Source: Felis catus
Taxonomy: Eukaryota
Direction: 5' to 3'
NCBI RefSeq assembly: GCF_018350175.1
Contig: NC_058369.1
Location: 5,706,001 to 5,770,000, forward strand
DNA: 64,000 nt
Shown here: piece after piece, positions 11,501 through 24,234 of the stretch
Layout of the letters: every line of letters starts with the position of its first letter
Position numbering within the stretch: position 1 is the stretch's first letter
Program-made: the position numbers and the translations under genes
The notes under the pieces: generated by a model
What the model was told of the DNA's origin: nothing
Database searches by the model: none
The model's input: the letters and a program-made list of their open reading frames with translations, nothing else

Positions 11501-13062
11501 GGTGGTACAGAGACATGGACAGGTGGGTGGGCACGAGGGCTTTGGCACAGGTGGTCCGACTTTCTCGAGAAAGAAACCACCGGGGCACCTGGCTGGCTCC
11601 GTCGGGGGAACGCGCGACTCTCGACCTCGGGGCTGTGAGTTCAAGCCCCACACTGGGTGCAGAGCCTCCTTAAAAAGAAACCATCTGCCTCGACAGGCAA
11701 GGTCAGCTTGATCCCCAGAACGCAGATCCGCAGTCTCCCCATTTCCGGAACTGGGAAGCCCGGGCTCAGAGCAAGAAGCCACTGGTCATTCAGCCGGCCG
11801 GACCACTGACACTGGGGCCATGGGGGTCACTCTGCAGCTGCCTGGGGCTGGCCGTGGGCCACCCTGATGGAATCCGCCCCCTCCTACGGCTCCGGGGAGC
11901 CCCCGCGCTATCCCATACCCAGACGCTGGGATGCCCAAGGGCTTTCCCCAGCGGTCCAGCCTCCGGGCCTTTGCATCAGCCGAGCCTTCAGCCTGAAATG
12001 CCTCCACCTGCTTTATTCAAGCATAGTCTGTGCCTTAACCTGGCAGTGGGTATGTATGTCTTCATCATACTACCATTTAAGAACTATAGATGCATTTTAC
12101 ATGCCACTTCATCTATGATGTTTTAATGAGTAAAATTGAAGTAAGGTCTTTCATATTCTGAAATACAAATATTTTCTTCCACGTTCTTTTAATATTTATG
12201 TCATGTTTCTCAGACTTTGGAGTGTATCCGAAATTTACAAAGCACTTCTTTACAAACTCATCCTTTTGCTGTCTCCCCAGCGACTCAAAGTCGGTAGTTC
12301 TCAGAGGCAGATCAGAAGTCTGCAGTGTGGACAAGCGCCTCAGGCCCTCCATTTGTGCCACCGGCAGGTGCTTCAAAGGACCAGGTCCTACCAGTGTTTC
12401 AAGACCTGAGTCAGATTCAATTTCTTCCTTAAGAACCCTTCTCTGTCCTTCCGGCCCTCAGCAGAGCCCTGTCCCCATCCTGGCCCGGCCCCACCCTGCC
12501 CGGCCCCACCCCTGGGCCTTTCTTCAGAGATTTCTTCAGCCCTGGAACTTAGAAAGCTAGCTGGCTCTCAGTGTCCCCCTAGACCGTGAGAGCCAGGCCA
12601 GGGACAGACCTCTGGGGTCCCCAGCACCACCTAGCATGGGGGTGTGTCGGGGGTGGGGTCAGTCTGGAAGGTTTCAAGACCAAGAAAGGAGAGGATCAGG
12701 TCTCTTGGAGTTTAAGGGGCGGGGGCGGTGGGATCTGTCACCTGCACAGGAACTGATCAAGCGTACAGCTTGGGGGTGAGGGGAGCCCTCTTGGGCTATT
12801 ACAATAAAAACACAAATACAGCTTTATTGAGGGACCCCTGACATGCAAAAACTGCACATCTGAAGTGTGTGGTTTGACATGTTCTGATGTATGTACATAT
12901 GCATGAAATCATGGCCCCAGTCAAGATAATGAACACATCCATCACTCCCCAGATGTCCCTGTGCCTTTTTGGAGTCTATCCCTCTCTCCCTTCCAGTGAA
13001 AACTTGCAATCCTGATGTCTAACAGTTGGAGATCAGAAGCCTCAGGGTTCCATATGATGAAA

Positions 13063-14060
13063 TCTTTTTTTTTTTAAGTTTACTTATTCTTAAGAGAGGG
13101 AGAGAGTGTGAGCGAGCGCGCACAAGTTGGGGGGGGGGTTGCGCAGAGAGAGGAGACACAGAATCCGAAGCAGGCTCCAGGCTCCGAGCTGTCAGCACAG
13201 AGCCTGATGCAGGACTCGAACCCATGAACCACGAGATCATGACGTGAGCCAAAGTCGGATGCTGGATGCTTAATCAACTAAGCCATCTGGGTGCCCCACA
13301 ATGAGGTCTTACGTTATAATTTGAAAGGAGGAGGAAGACACAACACTGAGGGGCCCTGGGGACATTACATTCAGTTGAGCTAGCCAATCACAACAAGACA
13401 GATACTGTTTGATTCTGCCACAGCGGGTCCCTGGAGGAGTCCTGTCCACAGAGACAGGAAGTAGACGGTGGGAGGCGGGGGAGGGGGTGAGGAGTTGGTG
13501 TTTCATGGGGACAGAGTCTCAGTTTGGGGAGATGAGAAAGTTCTAGAGATGGATGGACAACAATATGAATATTTTAACAGTACTGAACTGTGTAAAATGG
13601 TCAAGATCGGGGGCGCCTGGGTGGCTCAGTCTGACTCTTGATGTCATCTGAGGTCATGATCTCACATTTCATTAGTTTGAGCCCCGCATCAGGCTCTGAG
13701 CTGACAGTGTGGAGCCTGCTTGGGATTCTCTCTCTGTCCTGTCTCCCTCCCTCTCAAAAATAAATAAACTTAAAAAAATTTTTTTTAATGTTTTATTTTA
13801 TTTTTGAGACAGAGAGAGACAGATCGTGAGCAGGGGAGGGGCAGAGAGAGAGAGAGAGAGAGAGACAGAATCTGAAGCAGGCTCTAGGCTCTGAGCTGTC
13901 AGCACAGAGCCCGAGCGGGGCTCAAACTCACAAACCGCGACCTGAGCCGAAGTCGGATACTTAACCGACTGAGTCATCCAGGCGCCCCTAAATAAACCTT
14001 TTTTTTTTTTTTTAAATGGTCAGGATGGTAATTTCTATGTTATGTGTATTTTACCACGGT
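13063..14060. mobile_element. L1MA/MB-type 3'UTR (~13340-14060, +) with CanSINEs (13063-13296 -, 13609-13775 +, 13778-13988 -)
   Basis: gtttcatggggacagagtctcagtttggggagatgagaaagttctagagatggatgg...tatgttatgtgtattttaccac; duplicated aaatggtca(a/g)gat flanks the SINE pair. Confidence 0.85.
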
Positions 14061-14319
14061 TCACTTTTTTTTTTTTTTAATTTAAAAATTAACCAAAGGG
14101 ACAAAAAGAGGAGGAAATGTTATGCTCACGGACTTGGGGAGGGGGCAGTCAAGGAGTTAAAAAAAATAAATGCAAAATGCAGGGGGCCACTGATGGCCTG
14201 ATAAGTAATTTATGCAATGGAAAACCACCAGGAGAGCTCAGCTTCTGCGGGAGGCGGAGTTAGCCGCATCGGACCAGCCCCCTCGGAGACAAGAAACTCT
14301 ACCTTGAAGCTAAAACCCC

Positions 14320-14533
14320 TCAGTGCTGCATTGTCCAACGCACGGCAGCTACTAACAGCAGGGGGCTTTCTGAATTGCAATGAATGGAAATGGAATTTCA
14401 ATTCAATTTCAAATTCAATTCCTCAGTTGCACCAGCAAAATGTCTATGCTCATTGGCCACATGTGGCTTGTGGCTACCCTAATAGGCAGTGCAGATAAGG
14501 AACATTTCCACAAGTCTGCTGGTGCTGCTCTAG
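14320..14533. mobile_element. hAT-Charlie MER3/MER33-like DNA transposon remnant
   Basis: gctgcattgtccaa...ggccacatgtggcttgtggctaccctaataggcagtgcagataaggaacatttcca. Confidence 0.6.
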
Positions 14534-14599
14534 CATGACCCAAAATAGGTAGCAGTTGGAGGGGAATCTATACCAGGGATAAGGGAACGGCCCAGGGCG

Positions 14600-16330
14600 C
14601 GTTTCCTTTTTTACTGTTACTCACTGGAAATAGAAGCCGGCTTGAAAAATGAGAAGACAGAACCCAGAAAGACGACAATAACTCAATGGGACAGGACACG
14701 CAGGAAAGGAGAAAGACAGAAAAAGGAAGTTCCAAATTCTACACAAAAATTCTGTGCAGTGGTTCAGGGCAGGCTCCAACCAGCCTAGCTAAGGCTAAAA
14801 GAAAGGAAGTGAGGGATGCCTGGGTGGCTCAGGCAATTAAGTGTCTGACCCCCTTTTTTTTTTTTTAATGTTTATTTATTTTTGAGAGAGACAGAGACAG
14901 AGCGTAAGCGTGGGGGAGGGGCAGATAGAGAAGGAGACACAGAATCTGAAGCAGGCTCCAGGGTCCGAGCTTGTCAGCACAGAGCCTGATGCAGGGCTTG
15001 AACTCACGAACCATGAGATCTGACCTGAGCCGAAGTCAGACGCTTAACCGACTGAGCCATCCAGGCATCCCAGTGTCTCACTCTTGATTTTGGCTCAGGC
15101 CATGAGATTGAGCCCTGCATCGGACTCCACGCTGAGTGTGGGACCTGCTTAGGATTCTCCCTCTCCCCCTGCCCCCGTGCTCATTCTCTCCCTCCCTCTC
15201 TCTGAAAAATAAATAAGCCTTAAAAAAAAAGAAAGGAAGAAAGGAAGTGAGATCTCACCTGTTACCCACCATAAGGAAAACAGACTTTTAGAGCTTGAGT
15301 CCAGACAGGTTAATTGCCTGATAAAAAATACATTTAAAAAAAAGCCGTGCTCTCCAGAGGAACACAACAGAATCCAGAGTCTCCCCAACACATCTTGACA
15401 ATGTCCAGAATACAACCGCAAATTACTTGACCCTTGAAGAAATAAGGCAACATGACCCATACTCAAAGCAGAAGGAAATTAATGGGGACTAACCTCTGAA
15501 GTGCCCCAGATGTTGGAATGAGCACGTAAGGATTTGGAAGCAGCTATTATAAATCTATTCAAAGATGTGAAGAAAAAAATAGCTACTACTGAATGAATAA
15601 GAAACCTCAGCAGAAAAGCAGAAAAATGAACCAAACGTAACTTTTTTTTTTTTTTTTTTTTTTTTAAGTAGCCTTCACACCCAGCACGGAGCCCAATGTG
15701 GGGGTTGAACTCACGACCCTGAGATCAAGACCTGAGCGGAGATCAAGAGTCAGACATTTAACTGACTGAGCCACCCAGCTGCCCCCTAAACGTAAATTCT
15801 AAAACTGAAATTACTTGAAATTAAAAAGTCACATGTGGGCTCCATTGCCTATCAAAGAAGATAAAAGAAAGAGTTAATAAATTTGAAGCTAGATAAATCC
15901 TAAACATCCAAACTGAAGAACAGAGAAGAAAAAACAAAGATGAAATAAAAATGTGCCACCTGGGGTCCCCTGGCTGGCTCAGTCGGCAGAGCGTGCAACT
16001 CTTGATCTCAGGGTCATGAGTTCGAGCCCCACATTGGGTGTAGAGATCACTTAAAAATAAAATCTTAAAAAAAAAATGTGCCATCTGGAAATAGACAGTG
16101 GTGATGGCTGCAGGATGCTGTGAATGTACTCAATGCTACTAAGCTGCACACTTAACAGTGGTTAAAATGGTCAGTGTTACATTTTGTATATTTTACCACA
16201 ATTGGAAAAAAAAAAAAAAAAGTAGAGTCTCAGTGACCTTTGGGACATTATCAGATCTAATTAGAGTCCCAAAAGGAGAAGGAAACAAGAATGGAGCCAG
16301 AAAAAATACTTAAAGAAATACGAAGAGACT
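14600..16330 (+). mobile_element. Old L1 5'/ORF1 remnant interrupted by CanSINEs (14812-15225 + containing 14853-15071 -, 15642-15785 -, 15962-16075 +)
   Basis: aatccagagtctc...caatgtccagaatacaa...agatgttggaat...gcagctattataaat...ttctaaaactgaaa are typical L1M ORF1-region motifs. Confidence 0.7.
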
Positions 16331-16407
16331 TTATATCTTCTCCCATGGCCACATATATGCAATTTAAGTCACAGAAATAGGCTATAAGGATTATATTCTT
16401 ATATGTC

Positions 16408-16444
16408 TGTGTGTGTGTGTGTGTGTATGTATATACACATATAC

Positions 16445-16472
<28 letters not shown>
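16408..16472. repeat. (TG)n(TA)n microsatellite
   Basis: Read directly from the sequence. Confidence 0.95.
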
Positions 16473-16475
<3 letters not shown>

Positions 16476-16579
16476 TAATCAGGAGAGTTATTACATCAGG
16501 AAGTTGGGGGAAGGAGAAGCTGGTCTGCTTGTTTTGAGATTCAGGGATTTTTACAAGGAATGTTTCAGGGTGACTTAAA

Positions 16580-17160
16580 TTTTTTTTAATTGTGGTAGAA
16601 AACGTAGAACATAAAAATATACCATCGTATTTTTTTAACGTTTACTTTCGAAAGAGAGCGAGCGCATGGGGGAGGGACAGAGAGGGGAACAGAGGACCTG
16701 AAGCAGGCTCTGAGCTGTCAGCACAGAGCCCGACGCGGGGCTCGAACCCACGCACCGTGGGATCATGACCTGAGCCGAGGTTGGACGCCCAACCGACTGA
16801 GCCGCCCAGGTGCCCCTATCCTTACTATTTTGAAGCATACAGCTCAGTGGTATTAAATACAGTCATATTGTTGGGCAACCATCAGCACCATTCATCTCCG
16901 GGGTTTTGTCTTGCAAAACTGAAACTCTGTCCCCATTAAACACTAGCTCCCCACTCCTCCACCCCCAAACCCTGGTCACCCCTATTCTGCTTTGTTCCTA
17001 TGGATTTGATGACTCTAGGGACCTCCCACAGGTGGAATCATACGATATTTGCCCTTGAATGACTAGCTTATTTCACTGAGCATAGGTCCCAAGGTCCATG
17101 TTGCAGCAGCTGTCAGAACGTCCTGCCTTTTAAGGCTGAGTAAGGTTCTAGGGTGTGTAT
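16580..17160 (-). mobile_element. L1MB-type 3'UTR with a CanSINE (16630-16816, -)
   Basis: cagtggtattaaatacagtcatattgttgggcaaccatcagcacc...gaaactctgtccccattaaacac. Confidence 0.8.
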
Positions 17161-20100
17161 ATATTAAAGGTGACTTTTTAAATAGAAAATCACATGAGTA
17201 CAGAAGGAACATAAAGGTTCCCACCGAAGGGGTGCTTGGCAGAGGAGATACGGGCTCAGAGGGGGCATTTCTAGCTGTCAGTACGCACCCCCCCACCTCA
17301 GCTGACCATTAAGAAACCGATTCCCAATCCAGGTCAGCCCCTTCAGCAATGCCAGAGAACTGTGGGTTCCAGGTTACACTCTGATGGCACCCCTTATTCA
17401 CCCGATCTCGTCTAACACCTGCCCTACTTCTCCCACCAGCTGGCCACTGGGCCCCTCTGCCGCTCCCTGGTGACAGCGTACATGGGGCCAGGTTCCGGTA
17501 GGGCCAAGTAGCAGCAAAAGCCAGGCTTCTTTTTGGGACAGCAGGCCTTGCCCATACACATACCAGGGATTGCCCAACATGCCTGGGGTGCTGGTACCAT
17601 GCCAGGTGTCACCCATAGAGGCTTGCCCCAGGGCAGGATCTGTGCCCTACCAAGTGCCCTACCTTCCTACGCTGGAAATGTTAGACATGCCCCGAGGAAG
17701 ATGCTGTCAGGGTCCCCATTTCGTGGATAAGCTGAGTCTCAGAGACTCTGAGTCATCTACCCGGGGTCACACAACTGGCAAACAGCTGGAGCTTGAACTC
17801 TGGTCTACACCACTGGGGATCCCAGATGCACACGGGCTCACGGAACCTCAGCTCATCGGCGGCCACCCTGGCATTCTTGGAAAGCGGACCCTGCCTTAGT
17901 GCCTGTATGTCACTCTGTCTCCACCTCACTCCCACCCACTCGGCCTAGGTCCCCAGGGACTCCCCCCACCTCCCTGGCCAAGCGCGGCCCGCGTGTCCAT
18001 GACCTCTTACTGCGTATCTGACCCCTCGTCTGCCCCTCCCTCGGAGAACCGAGGCGTCCCGGCTCCCCTCCCCTCTGCTGTCCTGTCTCTAGCCCATGCT
18101 GGGTTTCCTCCTCTCTGGCCCCAAATCCAGTCCTGGACCCCCATTGCCATCTGCTGTTGCTGGAAGCTGTGATCAGCACGGCTGATCAGCACGGCTCCCA
18201 GGTCTCTCCCACAACAAACCTGCTAAGCCAAGACCCCCTGACTGCTCTCTCCCAGAGGCATCGCGCTCAAGCCCTCCCCCACCCGGGTGTGCTCTCTTCC
18301 TCCCCAGGCTTCTTGGCCACGGTCCCACCTTCCACCCAGTCTTTGGGGACAGGAATCTGGGAGTCGTCCCGGAGCCCTCCACACACGCCCGGGTCACGGA
18401 GTCCCTGCGATAGCATCCATCTGCCCCGTGACTAGCGAGCGGGTCCCTTCCCACTCGCGTCCCACGGCCACACCCTCACGTCTCATGTCAGTAACTGTGG
18501 CCTCCTCCCTGGGCTCCCTGCCTCCGGGTTTTGCTCAGGCCGCCCTTCCAACGTGCAAATCAGACTCTTGGCTTGAAATCCCGCAAAAGTTCCTGCCCCG
18601 GCACGTTGCCCCCAGGTACGCCTCCGGATCTTTGCACGTGCTGTTCCCCCAGCCAGTGATGCCCTCCCTTCTGCCTGCCAAGGCCTCCTGGTTCTTCACG
18701 ACTCTGCTCTCAGACACGTCCACCAGGAAGCCCTGCCCGGGGTCCCCAGGCTAGGTTAGGGAGCCCTCCCCTCCATCCTTCCCACAACCCCGGCCTCTCC
18801 CATCTGTGCATCAGGCACCCACCCGTCTCCTTCAGAAGGCGAGTTTTGTTTTTCAGTACACTTATCTTCAGAAGAAACTTCCCCTCCCTCCCCTGAAGAG
18901 AAAGCCAGCGTCAGGGTCCCATGCGGACAGGGACCATAAGACAACCAACAATGAAAACAAGACGACGTTCAGTCCTGGCCGGCCGGCACCTGATGCTGAT
19001 GAGGCTGTCAGCCCAGGTCCAAGCCTTCCTCGTCAAGGGGAGGGTGGCAAGCACCTGTCACCTGGGCCTTAAAGATCAGCATGGGAGGCTCAGGCCTCGA
19101 TGTCCGAAGGGAGTGATTCTGTGAACTCTCCTCCCTCGTGGGCTGTCCTTGGGATTTCGCAGGTGAGGAAAAGTGCTGCCAGGAGTTCATCGGTGGCTGG
19201 CATCTGGGAGAGGACAGGGGCCGGGGGGGGGGGGGGGCAACCTGATCTGGGAACCACCCGCCTCAGCAGGAATTGGGGGACAACCAACCCAGCAGTGGGA
19301 GGGGACAAGAGCCCTTTGGGCAAACCTCCAGGTGTGGGACTCTGAGAAAGTGCCTTCTGAGCCAAAGAGGGGTGACGATGGGGAAGGGCAGGGCCTTAAG
19401 GGCTCTGGAGCCGCAGCACCCCCAGGCACCTCCTCCCCACTCCGACCTCCACGCACCTGTCCGGGTTCTGGGTCAGGTGGTGGCAAACAGTGACTGCTGG
19501 GAGTCCACAGGCCTGGGCAGATCTGCTCCTGCCGGATGGTGTCAGGCGAGCGGTACCTCCTGTCCTCCTATGAACTGCCACCATCCCGCCAGCCTGCCTA
19601 GGAAGGGTGGGGAGCCCATGCAGGGCACATGTGAGCACTGGTCATCCTCTCCAGGTGGGGTAGGGCTGCGGGGCTGGAGCATGGGGTGGAGAGAGAGAGG
19701 GGTCCCCCGGCCCAAACGCTGTCTATCCGGGGCCCTTTAAGGACCAGAGGTGTTTGCATAACTAGAGGCCAAGCCACTGCACTTCCTCCCAGATGTCGGT
19801 TGAGGGGAGCCCCTCCTCCGGTAGGGGATGCACACAGATGCAGGGCTGTGCACTCATGCAGGGTGAGGCAGTGGTGGGGGATGGAGGGCGGCTGGGGCGC
19901 GCAGGGCAGACCGCTTTCCCCCTCCCAGCCCTCAGCAGCACGCAGCACAAAGTACAAGCCTGTCCCTTCCCCCTGCCCGGCACCCCGAGGATGTCCTGTA
20001 GCCACCCAGACAGCCCCTACTCCCACCCATGGTTCTTAGCCAGCGTCTGTGGCTGGACTCCCAGGGTCGGGTCAGATTTCAGAAATACCACTCCAATGCA

Positions 20101-21332
20101 ATACCCAGATGTCCCCCTTGGCCTGAGTCACTAACCACCATTCCTGTAGCCCTTCAAGTAACCAGCTTGCCTGTTGCTGCTTCCAGGAAGCCTTCCAGGA
20201 CTTCCGGGCTGCATCAGGGAGCCTGTGGATCCTCCATTTGGTCCACATTATTTTTCCTTGTAACGGCCCAGGGACGTGTCTATCTCCCCAACGAACGGGG
20301 TGGGTGTGGGGGGGCTCTCCAACGAACAGGATCCGATTCCTCTCTGTGTCTGCTCTCAGCTCTAACTCTGGCCCCAGCTCCCATATTACCTCCTCAGAAG
20401 ACCTAAGTTTGGGCAGCACAAGTAAGGCAAGGAAGAATGCCTTAGTAAGCAACAGATACAACGTAGCCAAAACTTACAAGGGGTGGTGCTTAAAGAATAT
20501 TTCAGTAACAACAGAGACATCCAGTCTCTGCCTCCGAAGCAGGAGTGAACTATCCTATGAATGAAAAAGTCAGTGGCTGCACATACCCATGCAGTTTTGG
20601 TTTCTAAATACTCTGTGCCCGATCTCTAGGCAATATTTGAGCAACGCTGTGTGCAAATGACTTACGTGCTTGTCAGATTTCCCCAAGGTCCCAAGCCGCG
20701 ACCCCTTCACCTATTTCCAGAATTTCAATCAGGTATGTTCACTGAGTCTCGGAGGAATACTGTCCAAGGTTGAAACAGGTGAGCAGCTACCTGCCCTGTG
20801 GCTCACCCCCCCGCCCCGTCTCGATCCAGAAGTTACCACAAGCATCTTTGACATGTCATCAACGCAAGCGCCACGGCTCTCTCTTGCTGTCTGAAAATCC
20901 TCAGCCCCCAGAGCCAACTTCACCAAAACGTAGGACCAACCACTCACTCAGGCATGTAAGTACGAGGCTTTGTTTCCCGTGCTAGTCCTCTGGGCTCTTA
21001 GAGTTAAGAAACACATCCCAGTGCATCAATCGCACCATTTCTGCAGAGTGCTGTGAATTTCATCGTGTAAGAAGGTTACAGTAAATACACAATTACTCCA
21101 AGCATGTGCACGGGTACAACCACGCCTCCTCAGAATGTGCAGACCAGGGGAACCTCTGGACCCTCCACGCACGTGAAAGGGAGACATGGCCGTGGAGACA
21201 CTGGACTTTAGTGTCAGAAATGAGCCCCTTTGCGAAACAGCACTGATAACGTACATCCTCAAGGGTCCTGGCATTTGTCCGGGATAATGGCCCACCAAAA
21301 CCTTTTTCTTTTTATTCAAAAGTGAAAGATTC

Positions 21333-21533
21333 AGGGGCACCTGGGTGGCTCAGTTGGGTAAGCCTCTGACTCTTGATTTCTGCTCAGGCCATTATCTCAC
21401 CGTTCGTGGGGACAGAGCCCCGCTGACAGCACGGAGCCTGCTTCGGATTCTGGGTCTCCCTCTCTCTCTGCCCTTCCCCTGCTCATGCTCTCTCTCTCTC
21501 TCTCTCAAAAATAAACAAACGTTAAAAAAATAC
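21333..21533 (+). mobile_element. CanSINE with 15-bp TSD aaaagtgaaagattc
   Basis: TSD at 21318-21332 and 21534-21548; tRNA-derived head, (CT)n, A tail. Confidence 0.92.
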
Positions 21534-21743
21534 AAAAGTGAAAGATTCGAAATCCATCAAGAGGGGGAAAAAGTGACCTCCTCAGAGAGGCTCTGCCCCC
21601 CCCCCCCCCCAGCCTCTTACTCTGAATGCATTTCTGGAAAATTCTAGGAACATGTGGGAAAGTTCCGAGTGTCCTGACTCGGGGCCTAAATTGCCCTCAG
21701 CTGCTTCCAGTCTCTGGCTAGCCACTCCACACCCCCCCCCCCC

Positions 21744-21744
<1 letters not shown>

Positions 21745-21786
<42 letters not shown>
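21745..21786. repeat. (CA)n microsatellite
   Basis: Read directly from the sequence. Confidence 0.97.
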
Positions 21787-21788
<2 letters not shown>

Positions 21789-23646
21789 ATTGTATGCCAG
21801 GGGGCTGGGGTCATAGCAGGAAACACACTAAATGAGGATCCCAGCCCTCATGGAGCAGAGGTCCTGGACGGGGTGAGGGTTGGGGGTGGCAAATACTATA
21901 CATTTTATTATTAATTTATTTCATTATTCTGGATAGTGGAGAGAAAAATAGGGCAGGAAAAGAGATCAGAAATGGGCAGTGGGGCTGCAATTTTAAACAG
22001 GAAGGTCAGGATGGTCTAAGAAGACACGAGGAAGCCACAGGGATAGAGCATTCTCGGCAAAGGGGACAGGCTGTGTAAAGGCCCTGAGGCCGGGCCATGT
22101 GCAGTAGCTTCGAGGCACAGAGAGGAAGCCCACAGGAACAGAGGGGCATGTGGGAAGAGGTCAGGGCAGGGGGGCGACAGCCTTATACTAAGACCCGCCC
22201 TCACCAACATCTCAGATGGAAAAAGGAGGTCCAGACGCAGATGTTTCCAGAGCTCATCCTGCCTGCTCTCCCTCTCTGTCACTTTGTCCCCTGCCATCTC
22301 CTAATAGTTTAGTGAGACTCCCTTGCGCCCGCGGTGGCTCCTCAGCGCCTGCGGGGATCGTCGTCATAACTGAGCCAGGGCCAAAAAGAACTGCCCTTAG
22401 GCACACCCATCCCCAGTGTGGACAGGGATGGGGGTGGGGAGGGCAGTCGTGGCCACAGCATCTTGGCTCTCAGCAGGACCCCCAACCAATCTAGGTTCCA
22501 GAGTCTGAGGCTCTGAATCCTCTCATTAAAGCCTCTGAAGCTGGTAGGGTTTGGGGTCTGCCTGGCTCAGCAGTGGGGGTGGGAAGGGGAAGCAGATCCA
22601 GGTGACCAGGCCCTCGTCCACACGCCTTACAGGGAGGGGCGGGGGAGGGGGCCGAGTCCTTTCTCCTCCACCTGCAAAGGGAGTGACAGCAGGCCGATGG
22701 CAGGGCCACCCTCACGACACTCCTGCTTTGGTGTTTGCTGACCGCCATCCCGGCATCCCTGTCCCCTCTCTGAGAGTGTCCCGCTCCAACCCCCAGCTCG
22801 GGGCCCTGCCTGTCACTGCCGCTGCCCCCTCCCTCCATACCCCCACCTGAGCCCTCTCCCTGGCTACTTCAGTGCTTCCGAGAAGTCTCCCAGGTCAGCT
22901 GAGCCCCACCATATGCAGGGGGAAGGCGGAAGCCTGCCCCCCACCCCGCTGGGATAGGGGGTGGATTTGCTCCCTTCCTCCTGTCAGCAGCCGCCTCAGC
23001 TATCAGGGTTCCAGAAATGACCACCGTAGGGAGGCCACAAAGCAGCCAAGCAATGCCCCTGCAAACTGCAAAGAGGTAGGGCTCAACTCCTCTTACCCTT
23101 CAAGCGAGGACCCTTCCAGGGCCTGCTGTTACTGGACCCGGGAGCCCTGAGACCTTCAGTCTCGTCGTCTGCCCCTCTGCCCACTCTCCCCCTTGCTCCC
23201 TCTGCTCCAGCCCCCCCCCCCCCCCCCCCCCCCAACATTACTCCTCCAAGTAGTGTGCAGCAAGGAAGCTTCCTTTGGTGCACCGCTCGTCCCCGGTGCC
23301 TCCCGGTGCAGGCACTTCATAAATGCATGCTGGATGAAGAAATGACGGACGTAAGGGTGAAGAGGGGTGGGGCCAAGCGCAGGGCAGAGGGGTTCTCCAA
23401 GGTGTGGCTGGCAGGCACGTGGCCCCCCTCCTCAGACACACGGTCAGGGGATCCTGGGGCAAAATACGCGTTTGGGAGCCCAACATGGGATGGGGAGAGA
23501 ACAAGCTCCCGGCCATTCATTGTGGGGAACTGGGGTGACAGCCTCATATTAACAAAGGTATAAAGTCGAGATTGAAGGAGGAGAAAGACCTCCCAGATGC
23601 CACTCTGGTCAGAGCCTCTTCAAGGGTGGCAAAGAAGAGTCCATCT

Positions 23647-23755
23647 GGGGGCATTTAGGTGGCTCAGGTGGTTGAACGTCGGACTCTCGATTGTGGCTCA
23701 GGTCATGATCAGGAGTTGGAGCCCCGCATCAGGCTCCGTGCTGAGCCTGCTTGGG

Positions 23756-23807
<52 letters not shown>

Positions 23808-24234
23808 CCTCCCCTGCTTGTGTGCTGGCATGCACCCTGGCGCTCTCTCTCCCTCTCTCAAAAGTAAATAAAATACACTTAAAAAAAAAAAAAAAGAGCC
23901 CATCTGGGGTGGGGTGGGGTGAGGGTGCGAAGGACAGTCAAGTAAGGGAGTAGAAGTCCTGCCACTGAATTATTCATGCAGAGGATTCAGAAACTCAGCT
24001 GGGCTGGCCATTTCCTTCTTTTTTTTTTTTTTTTTAAACGTTTATTTATTTTGAGAGAGAGAGAGAGGGTGCACGCGTGCGCATACGCGCAGGTGAGAGG
24101 CAGAGACAGAATCCCAAGCAGGCTCTGCACTGTCAGCACAGAGCCCAAAGAGGGGCTCGATCCCACCAACCCTGACATCACGACCTGAGCCGAGATCTAG
24201 AGTGGACGGTTAACCCATTGAGCCACTGGCGCCC
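23647..24234. mobile_element. Convergent CanSINE pair (23647-23895 +, 24018-24234 -)
   Basis: Heads, (CT)n/(GA)n and A/T tails; the first copy is flanked by aagag(t/c)ccatct. Confidence 0.9.

Noticed and set aside
18170..18196. Short tandem duplications (tgatcagcacggc x2; also ttcaagcca repeats ~35256 and gtgtagagcc ~54044-54088)
   Set aside because: Ordinary replication-slippage duplications with no further structure.
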